This document shows positions 9,476-18,627 of a stretch of 32,000 nt of DNA, piece by piece. Both the position numbers and the translations under genes were made by a program. Origin of the DNA: Geobacter sulfurreducens PCA (GTDB lineage: Bacteria; Desulfobacterota; Desulfuromonadia; Geobacterales; Geobacteraceae); the NCBI RefSeq assembly GCF_000007985.2, contig NC_002939.5, positions 1,560,001 to 1,592,000 of the forward strand, written 5' to 3'. The notes beneath the pieces were generated by a model. The model did not search any database. It saw only the letters and a program-made list of their open reading frames with translations, and had not been told where the DNA came from. Position 1 is the stretch's first letter; every line of letters starts with the position of its first letter.

Positions 9476-9647
9476 TCTTCCAAGGTTGCAGGCATGTTTC
9501 CTCCGGTGTCGACTGTCTTTAGGACGGTGCGGATCACGACTTCAGGATCATTCCACGACAACGGAATCCATTGTGTGGCGAGTGGGGCTTCGGCTGCCTC
9601 CGTCCATCGTCGCGTGCCCGCGACCGACCGTCACGGCAGGTGTCTCC

Positions 9648-11369
9648 ATGAATACGACAACCGTTGCAGCGCTCTTGACCCTTTTTCTTGTTATTCCCGG
9701 CTGCGCTACCAGTGGAGCGGTAGGAGCGCTGCCCGTCAATGAGGCGAGTTTCAAGCCGACTGTTGACATTGCCGGGTCGCGCGCCCTGTATATTTTCGCC
9801 AGGGCGCGGCTGCAGCTGCTGGAAGGGGACGTGGACGGAGCCCTGACGCTGCTCAACGGTGCCATCGAAGCAGATCCGGGCTCAGCATATCTCCACACTG
9901 CGGTTGCTGAGATCTACATGAAGACGGGGCGGGCCGAAGACGCACTCAAGGCGTGTGAAAATGCCATCAGGCTCGATCCTTCGTACCGTCAGGCCCGACT
10001 GCTGGCCGGTGCCATTCTGGCCAGTCTCAAGCGCGATAGAGATGCGGTTCCCCATCTGGAAAAGGCTATCGAGCTCGATCCGTCTCGGGAAGAGGCCTAC
10101 ATTCATCTGGCCGTATCCTACCTGAAGCTGTTCGAGTACGAGAAGGCGGTAAATACGCTCAAGTCCCTCGTTAAGGTCAAGCCCGAATCATCCCTCGGTT
10201 ACTATTACCTGGGCAAGGCTTACGACCAGATGAAGCTCCAGAAGGAGGCCGCCAACTATTACAAGAAGGCCATTGAACTGAAGCCGGACTTTGAGCAGGC
10301 CATCATCGAATTGGGGATCGTCCAGGAGGGAATGGGGCTCCACGATGAGGCCGTCGCTACCTATAAGAGCCTGCTGGATATCAATCCTTACAATCTGAAC
10401 GTCCTGCAGCATCTGGTTCAGATTTACCTGCAGCAGCAGGAGTATGATGAGGCGCTTCCCCTCCTCAAGGGACTCAAGGAAAAGGGGATCGGCGGGTTGG
10501 AGACGTCACGCAAGATCGGTCTCATCTACATGGAGAGCGAGCGGTACGACGAGGCAATCGCCGAATTCCGGGACATTCTGGAGCGTGAGCCCAATGCCCT
10601 GCAAGTCCGCTTCTATCTGGCGACCGCCTTCGAGGAAAAGGAAGAGTACGACCGGGCGCTCGAAGAGTTCGGCCGGATACCTCCCGGCTCCTTCAACTAT
10701 TTCGAGGCCGTCGGGCACATGGCGTTCATCCACAAGGATATGGGGAATCCCGAAAAGGGGATTGCCGTCCTGAAGGATGCCATCGCCGCATACCCGAGCC
10801 ATCTGGAGCTTCACCTCTATCTGGCTGGTCTGTACGAGTCTCTTGATCACTACACCGAGGGCTTGGCGGTGCTGAAGGCGGTGGAAGGGGATTTCGGGGG
10901 CGATCCGCGCCTGCACTTCCGCATGGGCACCCTTTACGACAAGATGGGGAACAAGGATGAGTCCATCGCCCGGATGAAAAAGGTGCTGACCATCGCGCCG
11001 GATGATGCCCAGGCGCTGAACTACCTGGGGTATACCTATGCGGAGCTCGGCATAAAATTGGACGAGGCGTTGCAGTATCTCAGAAAGGCGGTTGAACTCC
11101 GCCCCAACGATGGTTTCATCCTCGACAGCCTCGGCTGGGTCTATTTCAAGCTGAAGCGTTATGATGAAGCCGTGCCGCTCCTGGAACGAGCGACAAAGCT
11201 TGTGGACGACGATCTCACCATTATGGAGCATCTGGCCGACGCCTATGCGGCCCGGCGCGAGCATCGCAAGGCCCTTGAACTCTACCGGAAGATCCTGGAA
11301 ACGGAGCCCGGCCGCAAGGATATCATCGAGAAGAAGCGCAAGGTCAGGGGGGAGAGCCAGGAAAAATGA
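9648..11369 (+). CDS. TPR-repeat lipoprotein
   Basis: ATG 9648 gives 'MNTTTVAALLTLFLVIPGC' (lipobox), followed by many 34-aa TPR repeats (A..Y...G....A...Y.KAIELDP pattern). The TTG 9486 extension in the ORF track is not protein-like. Confidence 0.85.
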   Translation: MNTTTVAALLTLFLVIPGCATSGAVGALPVNEASFKPTVDIAGSRALYIFARARLQLLEGDVDGALTLLNGAIEADPGSAYLHTAVAEIYMKTGRAEDALKACENAIRLDPSYRQARLLAGAILASLKRDRDAVPHLEKAIELDPSREEAYIHLAVSYLKLFEYEKAVNTLKSLVKVKPESSLGYYYLGKAYDQMKLQKEAANYYKKAIELKPDFEQAIIELGIVQEGMGLHDEAVATYKSLLDINPYNLNVLQHLVQIYLQQQEYDEALPLLKGLKEKGIGGLETSRKIGLIYMESERYDEAIAEFRDILEREPNALQVRFYLATAFEEKEEYDRALEEFGRIPPGSFNYFEAVGHMAFIHKDMGNPEKGIAVLKDAIAAYPSHLELHLYLAGLYESLDHYTEGLAVLKAVEGDFGGDPRLHFRMGTLYDKMGNKDESIARMKKVLTIAPDDAQALNYLGYTYAELGIKLDEALQYLRKAVELRPNDGFILDSLGWVYFKLKRYDEAVPLLERATKLVDDDLTIMEHLADAYAARREHRKALELYRKILETEPGRKDIIEKKRKVRGESQEK

Positions 11370-12982
11370 CGTTCCGGTGGATCGGCTGCCTTCTTGCCCT
11401 GCTGTTGATCGTATCGTGCAGCGGCGAAGACCGCGCGAGAGCCCCTGCCGTGCGCGGACCGGGTACGCCCGCTTACGGTGACGCCATCGTGGTGGGTACC
11501 ATTGGCGAACCGTCGAACTTGCTTCCTCTGCTGGCGTCCGACTCGGCATCCCACGAGGTGGCGGGCAATATCTTCAACGGCCTTGTCCGTTACGACAAGA
11601 ACCTGAACCTGGAGGGGGAACTGGCCGAGTCGTGGCAGGTTTCTCCCGACGGCCTCACCATCACTTTCCATCTCCGCAAGGGGGTGAAATGGCACGACGG
11701 CGTGGAGTTCACCTCCCGTGACGTGCTCTACACCTACCGGGTGACGGTGGATCCGAAGACCCCCACTGCGTACGCCGAGGATTTCAAGCAGGTCAAGACC
11801 GCCGAGGCACCCGATCCCTACACCTTTCGCGTCACCTATGCCAAGCCGTTCGCCCCTGCGTTGGCCTCCTGGGGGATGGGAATTCTCCCGGCTCACCTGC
11901 TGGAAGGGAAGGACATCACCAAGAGTGAACTCTCCCGTCGTCCCGTCGGAACCGGGCCCTACCGGTTCAAGGAATGGGTCGCCGGTCAGAAGATCGTCCT
12001 CGAATCCAATCACGACTACTACGAGGGCCGCCCGTACATTGACCGTTACATCTACCGGATCATCCCCGACAATTCCACCATGTACCTGGAACTCAAGGCA
12101 GGCGGCGTGGACCTGATGGGACTCTCGCCGGTCCAGTATGCCCGGCAGACGGATACCCCCGAGTTTCGTTCCCGCTTCGCCAAGTACCGCTATCCGGCCT
12201 CGGCCTACACCTACCTGGGGTACAATCTGAAAAATCCGCTTTTTGCCGATCGTCGCGTGCGCCAGGCCATTGCCCATGCCCTCAGCAAGGACGAGATCAT
12301 TCACGGTGTGCTCCTGGGGCTCGGCCAGGTGGCGGTGGGCCCCTTCAAGCCGGGGACCTGGGCCTACAATCCCACGGTGCGCGACCCGGGCTATGACCCG
12401 GTGCGGGCGAGGCAACTGCTTGCCGAGGCGGGGTGGCGCGCAACCGGGCCCGACGGCATCCTGATGAAGGACGGCAAGCCGCTGAGCTTCACCATTCTGA
12501 CGAACCAGGGCAATGACCAGCGGCTCAAGACCGCCCAGATCATCCAGCGCCGGCTGCGCAAGGTCGGGATCGACGTGAAGATCCGGGTGCTGGAGTGGGC
12601 GTCTCTCCTGACCAATTTCATCGACAAGCGGAATTTCGATGCCCTCATCATGGGGTGGACGATCCCCCAGGATCCCGATCTCTTCGATGTCTGGCATTCG
12701 AGCAAGACCGGTCCCAAGGAACTGAATTTCGTCGGCTTCAAAAACGATGAGGTGGACCGCCTGATCGAGGAGGGGCGCCGCACTTTCGACCAGGAGAAGC
12801 GCAGGCGCTGCTACTGGCGCATCCAGGAGATTCTGGCCGAGGAGCAGCCCTACACCTTTTTGTACGTCCCCGATGCCCTGCCGGCGGTGAGCGCCCGGTT
12901 CAGGGGAATCGAGCCCGCGCCGGCCGGCATCATGTACAACTTCATCCGTTGGTACGTGCCGAAAGAAGAGCAGGTGCACTAA
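11366..12982 (+). CDS. ABC transporter substrate-binding protein, family 5 (Opp/Dpp/Nik-type)
   Basis: Lipoprotein signal 'LLLIVSC', and length and sequence pattern typical of SBP_bac_5. Its start overlaps the TPR gene stop (ATGA). Confidence 0.9.
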   Translation: MTFRWIGCLLALLLIVSCSGEDRARAPAVRGPGTPAYGDAIVVGTIGEPSNLLPLLASDSASHEVAGNIFNGLVRYDKNLNLEGELAESWQVSPDGLTITFHLRKGVKWHDGVEFTSRDVLYTYRVTVDPKTPTAYAEDFKQVKTAEAPDPYTFRVTYAKPFAPALASWGMGILPAHLLEGKDITKSELSRRPVGTGPYRFKEWVAGQKIVLESNHDYYEGRPYIDRYIYRIIPDNSTMYLELKAGGVDLMGLSPVQYARQTDTPEFRSRFAKYRYPASAYTYLGYNLKNPLFADRRVRQAIAHALSKDEIIHGVLLGLGQVAVGPFKPGTWAYNPTVRDPGYDPVRARQLLAEAGWRATGPDGILMKDGKPLSFTILTNQGNDQRLKTAQIIQRRLRKVGIDVKIRVLEWASLLTNFIDKRNFDALIMGWTIPQDPDLFDVWHSSKTGPKELNFVGFKNDEVDRLIEEGRRTFDQEKRRRCYWRIQEILAEEQPYTFLYVPDALPAVSARFRGIEPAPAGIMYNFIRWYVPKEEQVH

Positions 12983-12983
12983 C

Positions 12984-13964
12984 ATGGCCGCCTACATCTT
13001 CAAGCGACTCCTGGCAATGATCCCGTTGCTGTTCGGGATCACCCTCATTACCTTCGTGGTGATCCGGCTCGCCCCCGGGGAGCCGGTGGAGGCGATGACC
13101 GCCATGAGCCCCAAGATCACCGCCGAAACCCGCGAGCGGCTCCGGGAGTTCTACGGACTCGACAAGCCGCTCCATGAGCAGTACGTTTCCTGGGTCGGCC
13201 GCATCGTTAAGCTCGACTTCGGCCGCTCCTTCGCCCCGGACAACCGGCCGGTGACCGACAAGATCGCCGAGAGAATACCGGTGACCCTCTCCCTGAACAT
13301 CATTGCGCTGATCCTTGAATTCGGTCTCGCCATCCCCATCGGTATCTTTGCCGCCACACACCGGGACACGATCTATGACAAGGGAATAACCCTCTTCGTC
13401 TTTCTCGGGTTCGCCGTGCCGACCTTCTGGCTGGCGCTGCTGCTGATGTATTTTTTCGGGGTGAAACTGGGGTGGCTTCCCATTTCGGGGCTCCACTCCC
13501 TGGGGAGCGAGAACCTTTCACCCCTGGCATGGTTCGCGGATATGGTAAAGCACTTGGTGCTGCCCGTGTTCGTGGCCACTTTCGGCAGTCTGGCGGGGCT
13601 GTCGCGCTATATGCGCTCGAACATGCTGGAGGTGATCCGCCAGGACTATATCACCACGGCCCGGGCCAAGGGGTTGTCCGAGCGTGTGGTCATTTACCGC
13701 CACGCCCTGCGCAACGCACTGCTGCCCGTCATCACGCTTCTGGGTTTTTCCCTGCCGGGGCTCATCGGAGGGAGTGTCATCTTCGAGACGATTTTCGCCA
13801 TCCCGGGCATGGGACAGCTCTTCTACCAAGGGGTCATGGCCCGCGACTATCCGCTTGTCATGGGGATTCTCGTCATCGGCGCGTTCCTTACGCTCATCGG
13901 TAACCTGCTGGCCGATGTCTGCTATGCCATGGCCGATCCGCGCATCCGGCACGGAAGGGGGTAG
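12984..13964 (+). CDS. ABC transporter permease (DppB/OppB-like)
   Basis: '[32 protein letters not shown]' is the canonical OppB/DppB N-terminus, and the EAA-loop region '[12 protein letters not shown]' is present. Confidence 0.92.
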   Translation: MAAYIFKRLLAMIPLLFGITLITFVVIRLAPGEPVEAMTAMSPKITAETRERLREFYGLDKPLHEQYVSWVGRIVKLDFGRSFAPDNRPVTDKIAERIPVTLSLNIIALILEFGLAIPIGIFAATHRDTIYDKGITLFVFLGFAVPTFWLALLLMYFFGVKLGWLPISGLHSLGSENLSPLAWFADMVKHLVLPVFVATFGSLAGLSRYMRSNMLEVIRQDYITTARAKGLSERVVIYRHALRNALLPVITLLGFSLPGLIGGSVIFETIFAIPGMGQLFYQGVMARDYPLVMGILVIGAFLTLIGNLLADVCYAMADPRIRHGRG

Positions 13965-13967
13965 GGG

Positions 13968-14816
13968 ATGGCCTACCGCGACAGCTGGTTCCATACGGTC
14001 TTCTGGAAACGTTTCCGGCGCAACCGTTTCGCCCTGGCCGGCGGCGTGGTTGTGGTGGTGCTCTTTGCCATCTCGTTCCTGGCTCCCTACATCGCCCCCT
14101 GGGACCCGGACGCCATCGACGCCTACCGCGTTCTGCTCCCGCCGTCGGCCGAACACTGGTTCGGGACCGACGAACTGGGGCGGGACGTCTTTACCCGTGT
14201 CATCTACGGAGCCAGGATCTCGCTCAAGGTGGGATTCGTATCAGTAGGCATCGCCGTGGTTATCGGCACGGTGCTCGGTCTCGTCTCCGGATTCTACGGC
14301 GGGCTTGTCGATACGATTATCATGCGGTTCGTGGACATCATGCTCTGCTTCCCCACGTTTTTTCTCATCCTCGCGGTGATCGCCTTTCTGGAGCCGTCTA
14401 TCTGGTACATTATGGCCATCATCGGCCTCACGGGCTGGATGGGAGTGGCCCGGCTCGTGCGGGCCGAGGTCCTGTCGCTGCGGGAGCGTGATTTCGTGCT
14501 GGCTGCCCGCGCCCTCGGCGCATCGGATGTGCGGATACTGCTCCGCCATGTCCTGCCAAACGCCGTATCGCCGGTCCTGGTGTCCGCCACCCTTGGTGTG
14601 GCCGGCGCAATTCTCACCGAATCGGCTCTGTCTTTTCTCGGCATCGGGGTCCAGCCCCCCACGCCGAGCTGGGGTAACATCCTCACCTCCGGCAAGGACT
14701 ACATCGAGTTCGCCTGGTGGCTTTCGCTGTTCCCCGGCGGAGCCATCCTGGTGACCGTTCTGGCCTACAATCTGTTGGGCGAGGGAATCAGGGACGCCCT
14801 TGACCCGCGGGTCTGA
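13968..14816 (+). CDS. ABC transporter permease (DppC/OppC-like)
   Basis: 'HWFGTDELGRDVFTRVIYGARISL' and 'FVLAARALGAS' are hallmarks of OppC/DppC. Confidence 0.92.
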   Translation: MAYRDSWFHTVFWKRFRRNRFALAGGVVVVVLFAISFLAPYIAPWDPDAIDAYRVLLPPSAEHWFGTDELGRDVFTRVIYGARISLKVGFVSVGIAVVIGTVLGLVSGFYGGLVDTIIMRFVDIMLCFPTFFLILAVIAFLEPSIWYIMAIIGLTGWMGVARLVRAEVLSLRERDFVLAARALGASDVRILLRHVLPNAVSPVLVSATLGVAGAILTESALSFLGIGVQPPTPSWGNILTSGKDYIEFAWWLSLFPGGAILVTVLAYNLLGEGIRDALDPRV

Positions 14817-14842
14817 TCTTTTACACAAGCAAAGGTGGTTGC

Positions 14843-15367
14843 ATGACAACATACTATTCACCGGCCGCCGAGCTCGAAGGCGAGCTCGTCATTGATAAGG
14901 CCGATTTCGTCATCGCTTCGGTGGAGGACGAGATCCGTGCCGACAACCTCTGCCGCAAGCTTCTCTCGCGGTTCTACTTTTCCCTGCTCGAACAGGGAGT
15001 TGATCCCCGGGAAGCCACGCTGCTCGCCAGCGGGGCCGACCATTTCGTTCGCGATTTCGTCATAGGGTTCATGCATCGCAGTCTCTTCGACGATCAACCG
15101 GGCATCGTCCGTCGGTTCGGGGGCAACTGGTACATCGTTCATACGGTGGAACCCTCCGTCGGGGAGCTGGCGATCCACCTGGCAGGCGTGCGGGCTTTCT
15201 ACCGGTTCCTGCTGGAGCGGGACTTGCTGGACGGACCTTTTTTTGAGGAAATAGACCGCGAGTGCTCTGATCTTCCTTATTATGAAGAGCGGATCAAGGC
15301 ATTCTGGGCCATCGAAGGGGACGGTTATCTCGCCTGGGAGCGGGAGTGCTCGTTGAAACAGTGGTGA
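14843..15367 (+). CDS. Hypothetical cytoplasmic protein
   Basis: 174-aa ORF with coding-like composition and an ATG preceded by 'aaaggtgg'. I recognise no domain. Confidence 0.55.
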   Translation: MTTYYSPAAELEGELVIDKADFVIASVEDEIRADNLCRKLLSRFYFSLLEQGVDPREATLLASGADHFVRDFVIGFMHRSLFDDQPGIVRRFGGNWYIVHTVEPSVGELAIHLAGVRAFYRFLLERDLLDGPFFEEIDRECSDLPYYEERIKAFWAIEGDGYLAWERECSLKQW

Positions 15368-15381
15368 ACGGATCAAGGAGG

Positions 15382-16182
15382 ATGGCTATGAAGTTGGCGA
15401 AATGGTTGCTTGGACCGCTGGCGGCACTGGGTATCCTTGCCGGTTGTGCCACGAGCATGACCGACATCAAGGGTTTCAACATGATCTCCATCGAGCAGGA
15501 GAAGGAATTGGGCAACAAGTTTGCCGTGGAGATCGAAAAGCAGCAGCAACCCGTGAACGACCCGGAGGTCCAGCGTTACGTGGACAAGGTAGGCAAGCGG
15601 TTGCTGTCCGGTGCCCGGGCAGTGGAATTCGACTACGTCTTCAAGGTGGTGAAGGATGACAGCGTCAATGCGTTCGCCATCCCCGGCGGACGTGTGTATG
15701 TGCACACGGGCCTGCTGAAGGCGGCTGACAACGAAACGGAGCTGGCCGGCGTCCTGGCCCACGAGATCAACCATGCGGTCGCCCGTCACGGCACTAGGCA
15801 GATGACTCAGGAGTATGGCTATTCTCTGGTCCTTTCCCTTGTCCTGGGGGACAACCCCAACATGTTGGCGCAGCTGGCCGGCCAACTCTTCGGCAAGGCG
15901 GGTATGATGTCATACAGCCGGGAATACGAAAACCAGGCAGATTTCCTCGGCGTGGAGACCATGTACAAGGCCGGATATAACCCCAACGGCCTGACGAGCT
16001 TTTTCCAGAAGCTGAACGCGATGGACGGCGGTACCCAGAGTAACGTGGCCCGGTTCTTTTCGACCCATCCCCTTACGTCGGAGCGGATTCAACGGGTGCA
16101 GGCCGAGATCGCCAAGCTTCCTCCCCAGCGCTATCTGACGGACGAGACGGAATTCAAGAAAATAAAGGGGCGGCTCAAGTAA
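15382..16182 (+). CDS. M48-family zinc metallopeptidase lipoprotein
   Basis: AAGGAGG SD before ATG 15382, lipobox 'LAGC', and the HExxH motif 'HEINHAVARH' with a downstream 'E..AD' region. Confidence 0.88.
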   Translation: MAMKLAKWLLGPLAALGILAGCATSMTDIKGFNMISIEQEKELGNKFAVEIEKQQQPVNDPEVQRYVDKVGKRLLSGARAVEFDYVFKVVKDDSVNAFAIPGGRVYVHTGLLKAADNETELAGVLAHEINHAVARHGTRQMTQEYGYSLVLSLVLGDNPNMLAQLAGQLFGKAGMMSYSREYENQADFLGVETMYKAGYNPNGLTSFFQKLNAMDGGTQSNVARFFSTHPLTSERIQRVQAEIAKLPPQRYLTDETEFKKIKGRLK

Positions 16183-16184
16183 CC

Positions 16185-17063
16185 ATGGACACCGATTGGA
16201 GTAATCTCGCCGTCAGACTTGAACGTCTGCTCGAACGGTTTGAACGGATCATTGACCGCCATGATCCGGTTCTTCCCCGGGATCCGGCCTTTTTCGACGG
16301 AGCCATTGCCTTCCGCTGGCGCCGGTCGGGTGAACAAGGCACGTTCGAGCCGGTGACGCATCCCCATCTTCCCGATCCTGCCGATCTGGTTGGCATTGAT
16401 CTGGTCCGCGAGGACTTGATCCGGAATACCGCCCAGTTCATGGACGGCTACCCCGCCAACAACGTCTTGCTGTGGGGGGAGCGGGGCACCGGCAAATCGA
16501 CCTGCGTCAAGGGAATGCTCCGGCTGTTTGCGGACCGTGGACTGCGGCTCGTGGAGGTCCAGCGGGACGATCTGATGAGCCTGCCGGCTCTCATTGCAGC
16601 CCTGAGATCGGTGCCGCGGCGCTTCATCCTTTTCTGTGACGATCTCTCGTTCGGCGAAGGGGAGGGAGGATACCGGGAGCTCAAGGCTCTTCTTGAAGGC
16701 AGCATCGAGGCAAAGCCGACGAATATCCTGTTCTATGCCACCTCTAACCGTCGCCACCTGCTTCCCGAGCGGATGGAGGATAATCTCAGCAGCGAGATCC
16801 ACCCCGAAGAGGCCGTGTCCGAAAAGCTCTCCTTGGCCGACCGGTTCGGCATGGCGCTGGGGTTCTATCCGTTCAGCCAGGACGTATATCTGTCCATCGT
16901 TGAGCGATATGCGGAAAAATTCGCTCTTCCCATGGAGCGGGAGGCGCTCCGGAAAGAAGCGCATCTGTGGGCCATGTACCGTGGAAGCCGGTCGGGACGC
17001 TCTGCCCGTCAGTTTATCGATGATCTTGCCGGGCGGCTCGGTGTCAGGCTCAACGATCGTTGA
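16185..17063 (+). CDS. DUF815-family P-loop ATPase
   Basis: Walker A 'LLWGERGTGKST' and Walker B 'FILFCDDLSF', with size (~290 aa) and layout typical of DUF815. Confidence 0.8.
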   Translation: MDTDWSNLAVRLERLLERFERIIDRHDPVLPRDPAFFDGAIAFRWRRSGEQGTFEPVTHPHLPDPADLVGIDLVREDLIRNTAQFMDGYPANNVLLWGERGTGKSTCVKGMLRLFADRGLRLVEVQRDDLMSLPALIAALRSVPRRFILFCDDLSFGEGEGGYRELKALLEGSIEAKPTNILFYATSNRRHLLPERMEDNLSSEIHPEEAVSEKLSLADRFGMALGFYPFSQDVYLSIVERYAEKFALPMEREALRKEAHLWAMYRGSRSGRSARQFIDDLAGRLGVRLNDR

Positions 17064-17137
17064 TGGCTACATGCGGAGCAACGGTCCATGGGTACAACAG
17101 TAGTGCGAAGCAATGATACGATGCTGGAGGAAGAGGC

Positions 17138-17179
17138 ATGAGTCAGCCCGGTCCCGACGTGGATCGCCCCCCCTGTTGA
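17138..17179 (+). other. 13-codon ORF (MSQPGPDVDRPPC-TGA) in the same frame as hgcA; either a uORF or a Sec-containing N-terminal extension
   Basis: GGAGG (17126-17130) lies 7 nt before ATG 17138. TGA at 17177-17179 is in frame with GTG 17222 and no other stop lies between. A hairpin begins immediately after the TGA. Confidence 0.4.
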
Positions 17180-17221
17180 GGTCCAAAGACGCCTGCGGTC
17201 AGCGGGACCATTAACGAAAAT

Positions 17222-18241
17222 GTGCCGGGTTTTCTTCGTTGGCTCGATACCCCGGCGGGGCGCGTGCCGGTCATCTCCACGCAACTGGCGATGCGCGATA
17301 CCCTCGGAGCCTGGCAGGCACGCTGGGGTATCGGACGCATGTCGTACTTGGTGCCGCCCGGTCTGTACGCCATTGGCGCTCCCGGCCCCGGGACCCCGGT
17401 GGTGGTCACTGCCAACTACAAGATGAGCTACGATAGTGTCCGGTGGGAGCTGGCCGGCAGAGACATCTGGCTTCTGGTTCTGGAAACCCACGGCATTAAT
17501 GTCTGGTGCGCCGCCGGCAAGGGGACCTTCGGCACCGATGAGATCGTCAAGCGAGTCGGCCTCACCAGTTTGTCGCGGATAGTGAATCACCGCACGCTGC
17601 TGCTGCCAATGCTGGGGGCTCCCGGTGTGGCTGCCCATCTGGTGCGACAGCGCACTGGCTTTAAGGTCAGGTATGCCACTATCCGGGCCGCAGACCTGCC
17701 GGCATATCTGGATAACGGCATGATCGCGACGTCTGCCATGCGGCAGCTCACGTTCACAACTGTCGAACGGCTTGTTCTCACCCCCATCGAGCTGGTTGCC
17801 GCCTGTAAATGGGGGCTGCCTGTCATGGCTCTGATTGTGCTGGCCGCGGGATTTTCGGATGGGGCATTCTCTCCAGAGAGGGCGGTTCCCGCGGCTATCG
17901 CCTGGGGGGCGACGATCGCGACCGGAGCCGTTGGCGCTCCACTTCTGCTGCCATGGCTTCCCGGCCGAAGCTTTGCTGTGAAGGGGGCCTCGCTCGGCCT
18001 GCTGCTCGCGGCTCTCCTTGTCTGGTCCGGGCGCGGCATGGTCTCTCTTCACGAGGTCGCAGCGCTCTTTTTCATTACCCCCGCTGTCTGCTCATTCCTC
18101 GCCCTGACGTTTACCGGAAGTACGCCCTTTACCTCGCGTTCGGGTGTCAAGAAGGAGATGCGGGTCGCCCTTCCCGTCATGACCGCCGCGCTCGTGGCAG
18201 GGCTCACGTCATGGCTGTTCGGCAGTTTCCTGTTATCTTGA
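17222..18241 (+). CDS. hgcA: Mercury methylation corrinoid protein HgcA
   Basis: The diagnostic cap-helix motif 'GINVWCAAGKGTFGT' is present in an N-terminal corrinoid-binding domain, followed by a C-terminal multi-TM domain and then hgcB. The GTG 17222 start has no SD, so the true start may be ATG 17138 (see findings). Confidence 0.9.
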   Translation: MPGFLRWLDTPAGRVPVISTQLAMRDTLGAWQARWGIGRMSYLVPPGLYAIGAPGPGTPVVVTANYKMSYDSVRWELAGRDIWLLVLETHGINVWCAAGKGTFGTDEIVKRVGLTSLSRIVNHRTLLLPMLGAPGVAAHLVRQRTGFKVRYATIRAADLPAYLDNGMIATSAMRQLTFTTVERLVLTPIELVAACKWGLPVMALIVLAAGFSDGAFSPERAVPAAIAWGATIATGAVGAPLLLPWLPGRSFAVKGASLGLLLAALLVWSGRGMVSLHEVAALFFITPAVCSFLALTFTGSTPFTSRSGVKKEMRVALPVMTAALVAGLTSWLFGSFLLS

Positions 18242-18253
18242 CCGGGAGGTAGC

Positions 18254-18538
18254 ATGATCGGTTTCCAGTATCTTGCCAATGTCGCCACCCTGGAGTTTAT
18301 CGGAGAGAAATGCGTTGGTTGCGGCATGTGTGTTGAGGTTTGCCCGCATCAGGTATTTCGTTTGGAAGGCTCAAAGGCGGAGGTTGTCGCACGTGACGAC
18401 TGCATGGAGTGCGGGGCCTGCGCGGTGAATTGCCCTGCAAGTGCGATCCGTGTGGATGCCGGGGTAGGCTGCGCATCGGGGATGATCAATGAGTGGCTGG
18501 CCGGTGTTGTCGGTAGCAGGGGGGGCAGGTGCTGCTGA
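18254..18538 (+). CDS. hgcB: Mercury methylation ferredoxin HgcB (2x[4Fe-4S])
   Basis: 'CVGCGMCVEVCP' and 'CMECGACAVNCP' (the hgcB signature C(M/I)ECGA), plus the C-terminal vicinal 'CC'. GGGAGG SD lies before ATG 18254. Confidence 0.92.
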   Translation: MIGFQYLANVATLEFIGEKCVGCGMCVEVCPHQVFRLEGSKAEVVARDDCMECGACAVNCPASAIRVDAGVGCASGMINEWLAGVVGSRGGRCC

Positions 18539-18562
18539 TCCATCTTGGGTGGAATTTCGTGA

Positions 18563-18591
18563 TTGACATGGCAATGTGGGGCTGATAATTA
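18563..18591 (+). promoter_or_regulatory. Sigma70 promoter of the carbonic anhydrase gene
   Basis: TTGACA (18563-18568), 17-nt spacer, TAATTA (18586-18591). Confidence 0.55.
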
Positions 18592-18607
18592 ATGATTACA
18601 AATCATT
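18591..18607. promoter_or_regulatory. Perfect 7-3-7 inverted repeat (candidate operator) overlapping the -10/+1 region
   Basis: AATGATT-ACA-AATCATT starts at the last base of the -10 hexamer. Confidence 0.4.
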
Positions 18608-18627
18608 GCATCCAGGGAGGGAGCGGC

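Noticed and set aside
9486-9647. 54-aa N-terminal extension (TTG start) of the TPR protein
   Set aside because: The extension is Cys/Arg-rich and not protein-like. ATG 9648 yields a textbook lipoprotein signal peptide with a lipobox.
11282-12985. 567-aa ORF antisense to the substrate-binding protein gene; also 10506..11549, 991..1959, 13518..14156, 16131..16964 and 17009..18052
   Set aside because: All are antisense or off-frame shadows of genes with recognisable domains. They have Arg/Gly/Pro/His-biased composition, no motifs and no SDs.
17167-17173. C7 homopolymer in the hgcA-upstream ORF as a frameshift or phase-variation site that would fuse the uORF to hgcA
   Set aside because: The uORF is already in the hgcA frame. 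Adding or removing one C moves it into frames that either stop quickly or read the non-HgcA frame, so slippage does not explain the arrangement.
18592-18627. Upstream ATG 18592 as the start of the carbonic anhydrase
   Set aside because: It lies inside the promoter-proximal palindrome with no SD. ATG 18628 has a GGGAGGGAG SD and yields a normal signal peptide.
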